Assembly: GCA_035193785.1 (NCBI GenBank) | Contig: CP136572.1 | Location: forward strand, 3,092,578 to 3,156,577 | Reading direction: 5' to 3' | Source of the DNA: Planktothrix sp. GU0601_MAG3 | Lineage (GTDB): Bacteria; Cyanobacteriota; Cyanobacteriia; Cyanobacteriales; Microcoleaceae | DNA: 64,000 nucleotides | Part shown: positions 1 to 10,791 of the stretch, piece after piece | Layout: each line of letters opens with the position of its first letter | Numbering within the stretch: position 1 is the stretch's first letter | Notes under the pieces: model-generated | What the model saw: only the letters and a program-made list of their open reading frames with translations | What the model was told of the DNA's origin: nothing | The model's database searches: none | Position numbers and translations under genes: made by a program

Positions 1-214
1 CAAATTGCCATTAGTTTAGGGAGAGATGTGAGTGAGGACTAAAATTTTTGTTGATACTCTGTTTATAATTGCTTTAATTAATAAACGGGATCAATATCAT
101 TAAAAAGCCTTAGCATTAGCTATACAATTTTAAACTTAACAAGCATCTATTATAAGATGATGAAATCGCTATTTCATAGGGAATTTGAGATGCGATCGCT
201 CAGAAACCCGGTTT

Positions 215-751
215 CTATTCTTCACGATAGCCCAGTAGTCTTTTATTTTCTAATCTGGCTCCCTCTTCCAACCATTTGATAGAATCAGATTCTTTGTCAG
301 GATTTAACCATAGAATTACTTTAATTTCAGGTAGATTTTCTGAAGATTCTGATAAATAAATTCTGACTTTATCATCTAATGATATAATAATTTTATCGGT
401 AGTGATCGCTGCTTCTACAAGACAAATATCTTTCCAAATTGCTTCTCTGGCTTTATAAGTTATATCTAACTGTTCAAATTTATTCCTTAATTCAGTTAAC
501 GTTACATTCTCACAATATTTATACTTTCTTCTGGCTATCATGCTAACTCGCCATTTTCTAGCAAATGTTGATTCATGTTTATTCCATTCTGCTTTTAATT
601 CATCAGTCATTACCATAGAATGACATATTTTTAAAATAGCATTTAAAAAATCACGACAGTTCTTTGAAGTTGGATGTTTAGCGTCTTCTCCACCACAAGA
701 ACGAGCAACAGAAGCATCAATAACTAAATATTTTGATTGTTTATTCTTCAT
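215..751 (-). CDS. PIN-like hypothetical protein paired with AAA ATPase
   Basis: 178-aa ORF. N-terminal LVIDASV and later D-xx-LVEAA...IISLD resemble the acidic motifs of the PIN fold. Lies 5 bp downstream of the ATPase. Confidence 0.55.
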   Translation of the reverse strand: MKNKQSKYLVIDASVARSCGGEDAKHPTSKNCRDFLNAILKICHSMVMTDELKAEWNKHESTFARKWRVSMIARRKYKYCENVTLTELRNKFEQLDITYKAREAIWKDICLVEAAITTDKIIISLDDKVRIYLSESSENLPEIKVILWLNPDKESDSIKWLEEGARLENKRLLGYREE

Positions 752-756
752 TAAAG

Positions 757-2163
757 CTAGTTAGATTCATTCATAAGTTTTAATTCTGCCGCATCTAAAT
801 AGCGACTTTCTTCTTGTAAATCAACTTCGCTAAAATCTTCGGGCCAATCTCCAAATGTGCCTGCTTTATCTAAATCAGCCGTTGTTATATTTGTACAACC
901 TTCTTGATCACGAGTAAACCAATGTAACTTAATCTTATCAGGTTTAATTTTATCTTCTGCAATTAACGATTGAATTCGTTTTAAAATCAAGTCACTATGA
1001 GTTTCTATCACAACTCTTACCCCTCTATTCGCCGATTCTACTAATATATCAGCTAAGGCAGCTTGAGCGCGAGGATGCAAATGAATTTCTGGTTGTTCTA
1101 GGTAAACTAATTGTCCAGGTTTAGCAACTAATAACGCAACAAGAGCGGGTAAAGTTTGAGAAACACCAAAACCTACATCAGCAATGCTAACCATCTCTGT
1201 AGATTTATTTTTAGGATTAAAATTACAAGGAAGTCGAGCCACTCTAATTTCAACTTGAGTATCATTAATCTGTTTAGTGTCAACTTTACCTGTTAACCCT
1301 AAATCACTTAAGTATTTAGCTAAGTCTTTAAGTTTAGAAGATTTTGTTATTTGCCAATTATTAATCACACTAGCGACATAATTCTCAAAAGTACCTGGAA
1401 ATTGTTCCCCAATTGCTGTTACTGGATAAGTCCGTTCTGGATTTCCCCTTAAACCTGGTACATGAATAATACTACGAATATGTTCTTCTAATACTCTTAA
1501 GTCATTAAAGCCAAAAAATGTTGACAATAAAGAGTCTATATCTGGAACTAAAATCATTGTAAAATCTAAAAAACATCTAATTCTTTTCACGCTTAAAATA
1601 TTTTTTTTTTGTAATTCCTGATTATCATTATTTTTCAATGATTCTTGGTAAACTTTTGATACTTCTTGATAAAAACTTTTGGCTTTTTCTGGTAAATACT
1701 TTTCAATTTCTTCTTGATTCATATTTTTATGTAAAACTATTTCTGGCTCGTTTTTTTCTTGATAAACCATTTGTTTTATGTCAATATTTTTAGTCGTTTT
1801 ATAAAAATCAAGTCTAATAGAACGAGATTGATTTATTTCGGTTTCAATAGAAAAATCTTTATATTTTTTAGAAGATAGTTTAGAAAAAACTTGTTCTGTA
1901 GATGTAAACTTAACATTAGCACCATTTAACAATAAAGCCCCTGGATCATAAGTTGATTCCAAGGTTTGTTTGAGCAGAAGTAAGGGTTGTACAATACTAG
2001 ATTTACCTGAACTATTAGCTCCTGAAAGTATTGTTAAATTTTGAATTTCTATAGAGCAGGGATTGGCAATAGATTTATAGCCACTAACAGATATTTTAGT
2101 AATCCCTTCAAATTTTTCATTTTTTAATTTTGTAGAATTACTTTTTTGAACTGATTTAGCCAT
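757..2163 (-). CDS. AAA/ABC-type ATPase (AAA_15/AAA_21, DUF3696-like C-terminus)
   Basis: Walker A GANSSGKS, signature VGFGVSQ, Walker B region LEQPEIHLHP, ETHSD motif, C-terminal DWPEDF. Confidence 0.85.
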   Translation of the reverse strand: MAKSVQKSNSTKLKNEKFEGITKISVSGYKSIANPCSIEIQNLTILSGANSSGKSSIVQPLLLLKQTLESTYDPGALLLNGANVKFTSTEQVFSKLSSKKYKDFSIETEINQSRSIRLDFYKTTKNIDIKQMVYQEKNEPEIVLHKNMNQEEIEKYLPEKAKSFYQEVSKVYQESLKNNDNQELQKKNILSVKRIRCFLDFTMILVPDIDSLLSTFFGFNDLRVLEEHIRSIIHVPGLRGNPERTYPVTAIGEQFPGTFENYVASVINNWQITKSSKLKDLAKYLSDLGLTGKVDTKQINDTQVEIRVARLPCNFNPKNKSTEMVSIADVGFGVSQTLPALVALLVAKPGQLVYLEQPEIHLHPRAQAALADILVESANRGVRVVIETHSDLILKRIQSLIAEDKIKPDKIKLHWFTRDQEGCTNITTADLDKAGTFGDWPEDFSEVDLQEESRYLDAAELKLMNESN

Positions 2164-2234
2164 GATTTTAATTGCAATAAAAAAAACAATGTAAAGATTA
2201 TATCACAAATTTTAATTCTGTAGATTATAACAAA

Positions 2235-2492
2235 TTATTCTGCATCAATACGCTCCCACATTTTTTCTAAAGGAATTCTTTGTCCAGATTTCATTTCATG
2301 TAACGCTCGTCTTAAACTGGCTTTTATTTCTTCTACAGGGGTATCATCAGGATCAGATTCTAATTCATCCTGCGGATAAACTAAAACAATCACTTTCACC
2401 CGACTCGGTGTATGAATATTCAGGTGATGATCTAAAACTAATTGTCCTTTTTCATCCACTGTTCCCATGACTTCAAATGCTTGCATGATCAA
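2235..2492 (-). CDS. small hypothetical protein, antitoxin-like
   Basis: 85-aa ORF. C-terminal SLRRALHEMKSGQRIPLEKMWE resembles antitoxin-type tails. No cognate toxin recognised. Confidence 0.5.
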   Translation of the reverse strand: MIMQAFEVMGTVDEKGQLVLDHHLNIHTPSRVKVIVLVYPQDELESDPDDTPVEEIKASLRRALHEMKSGQRIPLEKMWERIDAE

Positions 2493-2749
2493 GTCTCCCG
2501 TAACGGTTTACCCCGTATTATTATAGCAAATTTTATTAAATCAGGATCGGGTATAAAGTGCGATCGCCTAGATATCCTGTTTCCAGACTAACAACAAAAC
2601 TTTTAATCAATATTAATACTTACCCTCAACTTCAAGAGCCAACATAAATCGGTAATATGTTACAAAAGATTAACCCGCTTGATTAACTGATGATCAATAG
2701 TAATATTTGGGTTAGAATCGGGTCTAAAATAACAAACGAGAGGATAATT

Positions 2750-3037
2750 GTGTTAGAATTGCTACGAACCATAATTCAAAGTATTCAACCCTTTTTAGTC
2801 CCGATTTGCTTTGTTTTGGCTTGGGGATTATTTATATTGATAACTTGGAGTATTGTCACTGCCCTGCGGCATACGGTGAAACAAGCCAAACAAATGCACC
2901 AAATCCCCTGTGCTAATTGTATATTCTTTACCGGGAACTATCACCTCAAATGTCCGGTACAACCAACCATTGCCCTATCTGAAGCTGCCATTAACTGTCC
3001 AGACTATAGCAGTTGTCACCCTACTTCTAACCTATAA
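2750..3037 (+). CDS. conserved cyanobacterial membrane protein with Cys-rich C-terminus
   Basis: One TM segment followed by MHQIPCANCIFFT...LKC...CPDY. GTG start at 2750 follows a GAGG RBS (the ORF track starts at 2690). Confidence 0.65.
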   Translation: MLELLRTIIQSIQPFLVPICFVLAWGLFILITWSIVTALRHTVKQAKQMHQIPCANCIFFTGNYHLKCPVQPTIALSEAAINCPDYSSCHPTSNL

Positions 3038-3245
3038 TCTACCCAAAAATTCAGGATTTCTGAATTCATAGATCACATTTCGGAGAATGTACCGATCGCT
3101 TTCTCGTGTGCTTTTTTCAAAACATCCTAATAATTGGGATCAAAAATTATAATTAACAATTAAAACTTGCTATCATCCTGATCACTGGAGATAATAGCAA
3201 ATTAACGTATAATCAAAAACTTAATGGTTAATCCTTGTTGTTAAC

Positions 3246-4626
3246 TCACCCCTGAAGACCAATGATAACCGCCGCCGCCGCCGTTTCACCCGTCCGCACC
3301 GCCCCATCAAAAAAACCAGGCCAGCGCTCGGCGATCTCTGTTCCGGCCCAATGAATCCGTCCAACTGGGGTGGCAATGGCATCTCCGAAATTTGTCCAGA
3401 CACCCGGCGGTAGAAAGGCTGCATATCCTCCCCCGACCCAGGGATTGGCAGGCCAGTCCACAACATCGAAGGTGGTGGGCAGTAGGGCCTGATCCCCCAA
3501 ATAAGCCGCCAGATCCGATAAAACAGCAGAACGACGTTCAGCCTCATTTAAAACCTGCCAGCGATGATAGCGATCACCCATCACAAAAGTAGCAATCACT
3601 CCTTTACCACTGCGAGGATCGGAGCTATCGGCAAATAGTTCAATCCACTCGCTGTTACCCATCCCCACACCCGCCAGTCCTTTTTCCCGCCAAAACGGAG
3701 ATTCATAGGAAATCAGGATTTTGGCAAGGGTTCCCATGGGAAACCTTTGGGTAAGCTGTTGACGGGTTGCTGGTAAGGGCGGATCATAGTTAATCCGACC
3801 ACTCAGATGGGGGGGCATGGCGACAATTACAAACTTGGCTTTATAGCTATTTTGCTCGGTGGTAACTTCCACACCTGCTTGATCCTGGCTGATTTTGACC
3901 ACAGGTTCATTGATCCGAATTTGATTCCCCAGTTTCCGCCGCCATCAGCCCGGGAATCTGTCCCGCCCCACCATGGATCAATTCCGCTTCTGGATGCTCC
4001 GATTGTGAGGCGCAACGATTCCCCCAAAGGACGTGCAGCAGGGAGACTTCACCTGGTTCCGCCGGCCCCAGGAACCCAACGGCACGAACCATGTAGGAAA
4101 AGTACCAATGACCAAAATCAGTTTTGGTATTTTCACCGATCCACTGGGCAAAGGTTTGAGCATCGAGTCGTTTATGTTCAGGATCTCGACCGGGGTGTCC
4201 CGAGGGCAGAGACTGGGAAAGTTCCTCAAAACGATGCCAAGCCTGCATCGCATCTTCCCATTCTTCCTCACTAATCTCAGGACGTTCTCCTTCGGAAAAC
4301 CCCTGAAAAAAGCCGTTAAATTCTGACCGATGCCCGTTATATAAAAAGACTGTTTTTCCCTCTAAAGGTGAAGGAAACCGAGGGATTTTATACTCATCCA
4401 ACAGAGCCAAAAACCTATCTTGAGTTGGCCCCACCCATTGACCTCCAAAATCAATATATTGATTCGGTGCAATCTGTTGACCATACATCCGTCCACCAAT
4501 TCGATCCTGTGCCTCCAAAACCAAAATCCGATGACCTGCCCTTTGAAGGTTGCGTGCGGCAATCAGTCCAGACAATCCAGATCCTACAACAATGCAGTCA
4601 TAGTTGGTGATTTCTGTTTGTAACAT
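3246..4626 (-). CDS. flavin monoamine oxidase family protein (split by +1 error near 3933)
   Basis: FAD motif VVGSGLSGL and LEAQDRIGGR; C-terminal IHWAGTE...GFFDGAVRTG. Removing one A at GAAAC joins the two ORFs. Confidence 0.85.
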
Positions 4627-4955
4627 CGTTAATTATTGGATAGTAAAATGGATAAAACTGATTCAATTGTAGGACTAAATGGACAAAAAGACAGGTTTCC
4701 TCCTAAGTTATAGCTCTGTTTTATTTGAATATATTATTCCTCAATTGATGAATTAGTTAAAAAGCAATACAAAAAAATGATTATTCGTCAACATCTCCAG
4801 CAATTACAGTCTCTAATCAATGTTCCTGCTGTTTTAATTCTGTTACCGACCCATCGGACATCACCGGATAAAGAAAATAGTCCTTGAACACATCCAATTC
4901 TTAAAAAGTTTAGTATAATTGACTAATACTTTCGTGTTTCAACTCCCTCAAAAAT

Positions 4956-5655
4956 ATGATTAAATTACGCAAATCTCAGGATAGAGGACAGGTTAAAATT
5001 GATTGGTTAGACAGTTATCATACCTTTTCCTTTGGCAACTATTACGATCCCGAATATATGGGATGGCGGGCGTTACGAGTAATTAATGAAGATCGAGTCC
5101 AACCCAAGGGGGGTTTTCCCACCCATGGACACCAAAACATGGAAATTATTACCTATATTTTACAGGGTTCCCTAGAACATAAAGATAGTTTAGGGACAGG
5201 TTTCTATTATTCAACCGGGTGAAGTTCAACGCATGAGTGCGGGGACTGGTATTCGTCATAGTGAATTTAACCCATCTTCTACTGATTTGGTTCATTTATT
5301 ACAAATTTGGCTTTTACCTGATACCCAAGGTTTACCCCCTAGCTATGAACAAAAATCTTTTCAGCCTTTAGAAAATTCGGGTAAATTTCAATTAATTGCC
5401 ACAGGGAATCCGGTTGAGCATGAGGTCAAAATCCATCAAGATGTTAATTTATATGCTGCCATTTTAAAACAAGGCGATCGCCTTTCCTATGCCTTTTCTC
5501 CCGAGCGTTATGGTTGGATACAAGTGGCTAAAGGAGAAATCATTCTCAATCAAATCTCCCTAACTGCGGGTGATGGGGCTGCGATCGCCCAGGAACCGGA
5601 AATCACCCTCACCGCCACCACCGATGCGGAAATATTGCTTTTTGATTTAGCCTAA
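4956..5655 (+). CDS. pirin family protein (YhhW-like; split near 5201)
   Basis: Motifs [39 protein letters not shown]. Confidence 0.9.
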
Positions 5656-6131
5656 ATTTCTCTCACAATTAAAGGATAAGCTGTTGAATATCTGAAGTTA
5701 GGTATTAAGGAATTGTCACGTTTTGGAAATGCCAATATCCATAGCCTGCGGCATACAAGAAACACAAATCCAGAATACACAGTTTAACTGCTGAACGGCT
5801 TATCTGAAATCCTATTCTTGACTGTATCAAAAATAACCTTTTTATCTTGAGTGTCCTTCGACCAGAATAATATTTTCGTTTAAATCCAAGATACAGTTAA
5901 TGAAAATTGATCCAGGTCTAGGATAACAGTTGTCCCATCCCACAAGCTGTCCTAGGAGTTGCACGAATTTTAATCAGCAATGTTTATCAGAAAATCATCT
6001 GAGTTGCAAAAATGATCTAAAATGACTCCCTAAAATTCAATTGACTCGGATCTTACCCTTTCGTTTTAAAATCTTAATAATATTGAAAAACTATCTAGCT
6101 CCGATAACAAGCGTATTTCCATTAAATCCCT

Positions 6132-7725
6132 ATGGCTATTGGCTATCTCGCCCTGGTTCTCCATGCCCATCTTCCTTTTGTTCGCCATCCTGAAAGTGAC
6201 TATGTATTAGAGGAAGAATGGCTGTTTGAAGCAATTACCGAAACCTACATCCCTCTAATCAAAATGTTTGAAGGGTTAAAGCGGGATGGAATTGATTTCA
6301 AAATCACCATGAGTTTGACTCCACCCCTGGTGTCGATGTTGCGAGACCCGCTCCTCCAAGAACGATATGATCAACATCTGACCCTACTCCAAGAGTTAAT
6401 AGAACAGGAAATTGAGCGCTATCAAAAAACCCCTCATCTTCGTTACCTCGCCGAACATTATGCCGAGGAATGGCAGGAAGCGCGTAAACTGTGGGAACGC
6501 TATCAAGGCGATTTAGTCACGGCTTTTAAACAATTTCAAGATACCAATAATTTAGAAATTATCACCTGCGGTGCGACCCACGGCTATTTACCGCTAATGA
6601 AGATGTATCCCCAAGCGGTTTGGGGACAAATAGAGGTCGCCTGTCAACACTATGAAGAAACCTTTGGCCGTCGCCCCCGGGGGATTTGGTTGCCCGAATG
6701 TGCCTACTATAATGGCTTAGAACGAATGTTAGCCGATGCGGGAATTCGCTATTTTCTCACCGATGGTCATGGGATTCTCTACGCCCGTCCCCGTCCCCGT
6801 TTTGGCACCTATTCCCCTGTCTATACAGAATCGGGTGTGGCCGTATTTGCCCGGGATAACGAATCTTCTCAACAGGTTTGGTCTTCGGAAGTGGGTTATC
6901 CCGGAGCACCGGAATACCGAGAATTTTATAAGGATTTGGGCTGGGAAGCCGAATATGAGTATATTAAGCCCTATATTATGCCCAATGGTCAGCGCAAAAA
7001 CACCGGGATTAAGTATTACAAAATTACGGGTCGGGGTCTAGGACTGGGAGAGAAAGAACTTTATGACCCCTATTGGGCAAAAGCCAAAACCAGCGAACAC
7101 GCGGCTAACTTTGTCTTTAACCGCGAGCGCCAAGTGGAACATCTCCAGGGAATTATGCAGCGTCCTCCAATTATTGTCTCTCCCTACGATGCCGAACTAT
7201 TCGGACATTGGTGGTATGAGGGGCCCTGGTTTCTGGATCAATTATTCCGCAAAACCTGGGAAAATCAAAAGGTTTATGCTATGACCCATTTAGCCGATTA
7301 TCTTCAAGCCTTCCCCACCCAACAGGTTTGTCATCCTGCCCAGTCCAGTTGGGGATATAAGGGATTCCATGAATATTGGCTAAATCATACCAATTCTTGG
7401 ATTTATCCCCATCTCCACAAAGCCGCAGAAAGGATGATTAAAATGGCAGGTCGCGAAACCCAGAGACGACCTAGAGTTACGCGCACTCAACCAAGCAGCG
7501 CGGGAATTACTCTTAGCACAATCCTCCGATTGGGCCTTTATTATGAGTTCGGGAACCATGACCCCCTACGCCGTGCGTCGTACCCGTTCCCACCTGATGC
7601 GATTTAACAAAATCTACGAAGATATCAAAATTGGCAAAGTAGATTCCGGTTGGCTGGAAAAGGTCGAAGCCATTGATAATATCTTCCCCAATATCGATTT
7701 TCGCGTCTATCGACCCTTGATGTAA
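6132..7725 (+). CDS. GH57 family 1,4-alpha-glucan branching enzyme (DUF1957; split near 7456)
   Basis: Motifs HAHLPFVRHPE, GIWLPECAY, PYDAELFGHWWYEGP. After frame repair it continues LNQAARELLLAQSSDWAF. Confidence 0.9.
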
Positions 7726-7962
7726 TTTACGAATTACGAATTACGAATTACGAATTACGAATTGGTAATTGGTAATAGCAAGAGTTTACCCCCCCTACTC
7801 CCCCCGCTCCCCCTGCTCCCCCTGCTCCCCCCGCTCCCCCCGCTCCCCCCGCTCCCCCCGCTCCCCCTACTCCCCCTGCTCCCCTGCTCCCCCCGCTCCC
7901 CCCGCTCCCCCCGCTCCCCCCGCTCCCCCTGCTCCCCCCGCTCCCCCTGCCTCCCCTGCCCC
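7726..7962 (+). repeat. composite short tandem repeat (ATTACGA)n - linker - (CCCCCTGCT-like)n
   Basis: Heptamer array, then GGTAATAGCAAGAGTTTACC, then a C-rich 8-9-mer array. Confidence 0.9.
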
Positions 7963-8029
7963 CTGGTGGGGTTTTTTTTGTTCTTGAATTCTAAGAAGAA
8001 TGTAAAGATTTGTTAACTTAGGGCGTTTT

Positions 8030-8061
8030 GTAAAATAGACTACAGAATGTTCTGGTATATT
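8030..8061 (+). promoter_or_regulatory. NtcA box (GTA-N8-TAC) with downstream extended -10 element of the gifA cluster
   Basis: GTAAAATAGACTAC at 8030-8043 and TGGTATATT at 8053-8061. The box sits in the -35/spacer region, a repressor position as in known gifA promoters. Confidence 0.75.
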
Positions 8062-8122
8062 AGAAATTGAAGACAGAAACAGTCTCTTACTTTTTAGGCC
8101 ATTCATTCAGGAGAAAAGACTT

Positions 8123-8314
8123 ATGGGTACTCAAGATCAAGCTCGGGCTTTAATGATGGGTCGTCACCACACCATCAAGAATCGTCAACAGTCCTTACTC
8201 AATCGGGTTTCCGATCAAGTAGGCGTAGAACCTGGCGATGTCTCAACGATTCAAGGCAAACCCAGCGCCCATTCTGCCAACAGCTATAACCGCAGCAGCG
8301 CCACCATGAGCTAG
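8123..8314 (+). CDS. gifA: glutamine synthetase inactivating factor IF7, copy 1
   Basis: QARALMM.RHH.IKNRQQSLL.R...QGKP...Y.RS matches IF7 as I recall it. AGGAG RBS. Confidence 0.85.
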   Translation: MGTQDQARALMMGRHHTIKNRQQSLLNRVSDQVGVEPGDVSTIQGKPSAHSANSYNRSSATMS

Positions 8315-8405
8315 AAAGATTAATAATTGTAATCTTTCTTAATATTTTAGTTAAGCAAATTTTAGTTAAAACACCCTTCAATTTTAAACACAGGAGAACA
8401 AACTC

Positions 8406-8595
8406 ATGGATACTCAAAATCAAGCTCGCGCCTTAATGATGGGTCATCATCAAGTGATCAAAAACCGTCAACAATCGATGTTAAATCGGGTTTCCGATGA
8501 AGTCGGTGCAGAAACCCGGTGATGTCTCAACCATTCAAGGCAAACCCAGTGCCAATTCCGTGAGTAACTATGACCGTGGCAACGGGATGATTTAG
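8406..8595 (+). CDS. gifA: IF7 copy 2 (missed by the ORF track; +1 error near 8512)
   Basis: MDTQNQARALMMGHHQVIKNRQQSMLNRVSDEVGAE, then PGDVSTIQGKPSANSVSNYDRG after removing one A. AGGAG RBS. Confidence 0.8.
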
Positions 8596-8658
8596 CTGAG
8601 TCGAATACAATATTAAACTCAAAAAAACATTCAATTTTAAACGCAGGAGAAACGAATT

Positions 8659-8850
8659 ATGGATACTCAAAATCAAGCTCGGGCTTTAATGATGCGTCAC
8701 CATCAAGTGATTAAAAACCGTCAACAATCCTTACTCAACCGAGTCTCGGAGGAAGTCGGCATTGAACCCGGGGATTATCGGACAACGATTCAAGGCAAAC
8801 CCACTGACAGCGTTAGCAGCTATGACCGCAGTGGCTCATCCATGAGTTAA
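8659..8850 (+). CDS. gifA: IF7 copy 3
   Basis: MDTQNQARALMMRHHQVIKNRQQSLLNRVSEEVG...TTIQGKP...SYDRS. AGGAG RBS. Confidence 0.88.
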   Translation: MDTQNQARALMMRHHQVIKNRQQSLLNRVSEEVGIEPGDYRTTIQGKPTDSVSSYDRSGSSMS

Positions 8851-8899
8851 TTGAGTTGTTATTGAGATAACGGTAAATTCGCCATGAATCAATCAATGC

Positions 8900-8932
8900 C
8901 CCCGCTTTGCTCCAGCAAGTGGGGATATTTTT
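8900..8932 (+). terminator. probable intrinsic terminator after gifA cluster
   Basis: Hairpin CCCCGCTTTGC/GCAAGTGGGG followed by a T-rich run. Confidence 0.55.
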
Positions 8933-9284
8933 ATGGTTGATGCTTAACAGTTAACTGAAATTTAGTTAAGTATTGCGATCGCTTTTTGATGTTCTTCGCA
9001 GGAAATTAAATATTAAAATTCCAGTTCAAACAATTGGAGTTAGACTTAACCCTAATTTGGGAAAACGTAGTCAGCCCTGAAGGGCTTCCATATCTCCATA
9101 TTTTTTAAAGGGGTTGATAGTATGCGGGTTCGGCCTCAGAGGTTTGATACCGAATGGGGGTAAAGATTTAAGAAGATTATGCAGCGTTTTCTCTGAAATA
9201 CTTAGTGACAATCAATTTAAGTTTTCTCACCCTGGTTCTTGATATAATCCCTTCTCAGTAATATTGGAAACGGAAGGGTAAATC

Positions 9285-10527
9285 ATGTCAGATTGGACGG
9301 TTATTGAGGGTGGAGTTACCGCCCCTAGAGGATATCGGGCATCGGGAATTACGGCGGGATTAAAAGCATCGGGATTACCGGATTTAGCCTTAATTGTCTC
9401 CGATGTAGATGCGATCGCCGCTGGGGTATTTACCACCAGTCAAGTTAGAGCCGCCTGTGTGGATTATTGCCGTCAACAACTGCAAGCCAAACCCAGTGCT
9501 AGAGCGATTTTATGTAATTCAGGACAGGCGAATGCCGCTACAGGAGCCGCGGGCTGGACAGATGCAGTAGACTCCGCCCAAGCCCTAGCCCAAGTCCTCA
9601 ATATTGCACCGGAATCGATTTTACTGGCTTCTACCGGAGTCATCGGTCAACGGATTAAAATGGATATCCTCAAAGCCGGAATTCCTAAGTTAGTTGAGGA
9701 ATTGTCAGAGAATGGTAACGCAGCCGTGGCTAAAGCAATTATGACCACGGATTTAGTCCCGAAAACCATTGCCTTAGAAACAATGTTTGGGGATCGTCCC
9801 GTGAGAGTCGGGGGAATTTGTAAAGGTTTCGGGGATGATTCACCCCAATATGGCGACGATGTTGGCTTTTGTCACCTGCGATGCGGTGGTTTCCCCTTCC
9901 CTGTGGCAAGAAATGTTAAGCCGTGCGGCCAACCGGAGTTTTAATCAAGTTACCGTTGATGGCGATACGAGTACGAATGATTGTTTAATTGCTTTGGCAA
10001 ATGGGGCATCTCGGACTCCGGCGATTACGGCTATGGGGCCAGAGGCAGAAAAATTAGAGGGGATGTTAACGGCCGTCTGTGAATATTTGGCTAAAGCGAT
10101 CGCTCGGGACGGGGAAGGAGCGACCTGTTTAATTGAAGTTCAAGTTTCCGGTGCGGAGGATGAAGCATCTGCGAATCAAGTTGCTAAAACTATTGTAGGT
10201 TCTTCTTTGGTGAAGTCCGCCATTTTTGGTCATGATCCTAACTGGGGAAGAATTGCGGCGGCGGCGGGCCGGGCGGGAGTCCATTTTGACCAAAATGATT
10301 TAGAAATCAAATTAGGGGATTTTGTCTTAATGCAGCAGGGTCAACCCCTAGTTTTTGATCGCAATGCAGCCAATGAGTATTTGAAACAAGCCAAAACAGG
10401 AGAATATCTCAAACAAGATACTGTATTAATTTCAGTTAAAATCGGCAATGGCTCCGGTGTGGGCAAAGCCTGGGGATGCGATTTAAGTTATGACTATGTA
10501 AAAATTAACGCGGAATACACCACTTAA
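9285..10527 (+). CDS. argJ: bifunctional ornithine acetyltransferase/N-acetylglutamate synthase (split near 9827)
   Basis: [24 protein letters not shown] after repair; [15 protein letters not shown]-terminal [10 protein letters not shown]. Confidence 0.95.
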
Positions 10528-10717
10528 TCAGTTAACAGTTATCAGTTATCAGTTATCAGTTTATTGTCTGTTTCTTGTTCTATTTTCCCTGTTCCTACAC
10601 AAAAAACACAGGTTTCCTCCCGTTGAATTTCCCCGGAACAATCTCGAATTTCTGTATAGCCTTTTCCCTGACAATGGGGACAGATTGGATCAATGATTTT
10701 GTTTTTTTTCATAGTAA

Positions 10718-10788
10718 TAGATGGGGGGATTAAGCCCTGAAGGGCTTACTACAAAGATGGGGGGATTAAGCCCTAAAGGGCTTACTAC
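10718..10788. repeat. two tandem copies of a ~36-bp palindrome-containing repeat
   Basis: AGATGGGGGGATTAAGCCCT(G/A)AAGGGCTTACTAC twice. A related AGCCCTGAAGGGCT lies near 9073. Confidence 0.7.
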
Positions 10789-10791
10789 TAT

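Noticed and set aside
3221..4623. Multiple overlapping alternative-frame and antisense ORFs inside the amine oxidase, and similar shadows in other genes
   Set aside because: They have no recognisable motifs and are shadow ORFs of well-supported genes.
7762..8106. Pro/Leu- or Gly-rich ORFs over C/G-rich arrays (also at 12032-12233, 23126-23347, 33029-33374, 41838-42096)
   Set aside because: They are translations of non-coding tandem repeats that are open in several frames, including the collagen-like GEQ ORFs.
9060..9195. Possible glutamine riboswitch or sRNA between gifA and argJ
   Set aside because: The ends can pair (GAAAACG/CGTTTTC), but I could not match glnA-motif features, and the inner hairpin is a dispersed AGCCCTGAAGGGCT repeat.
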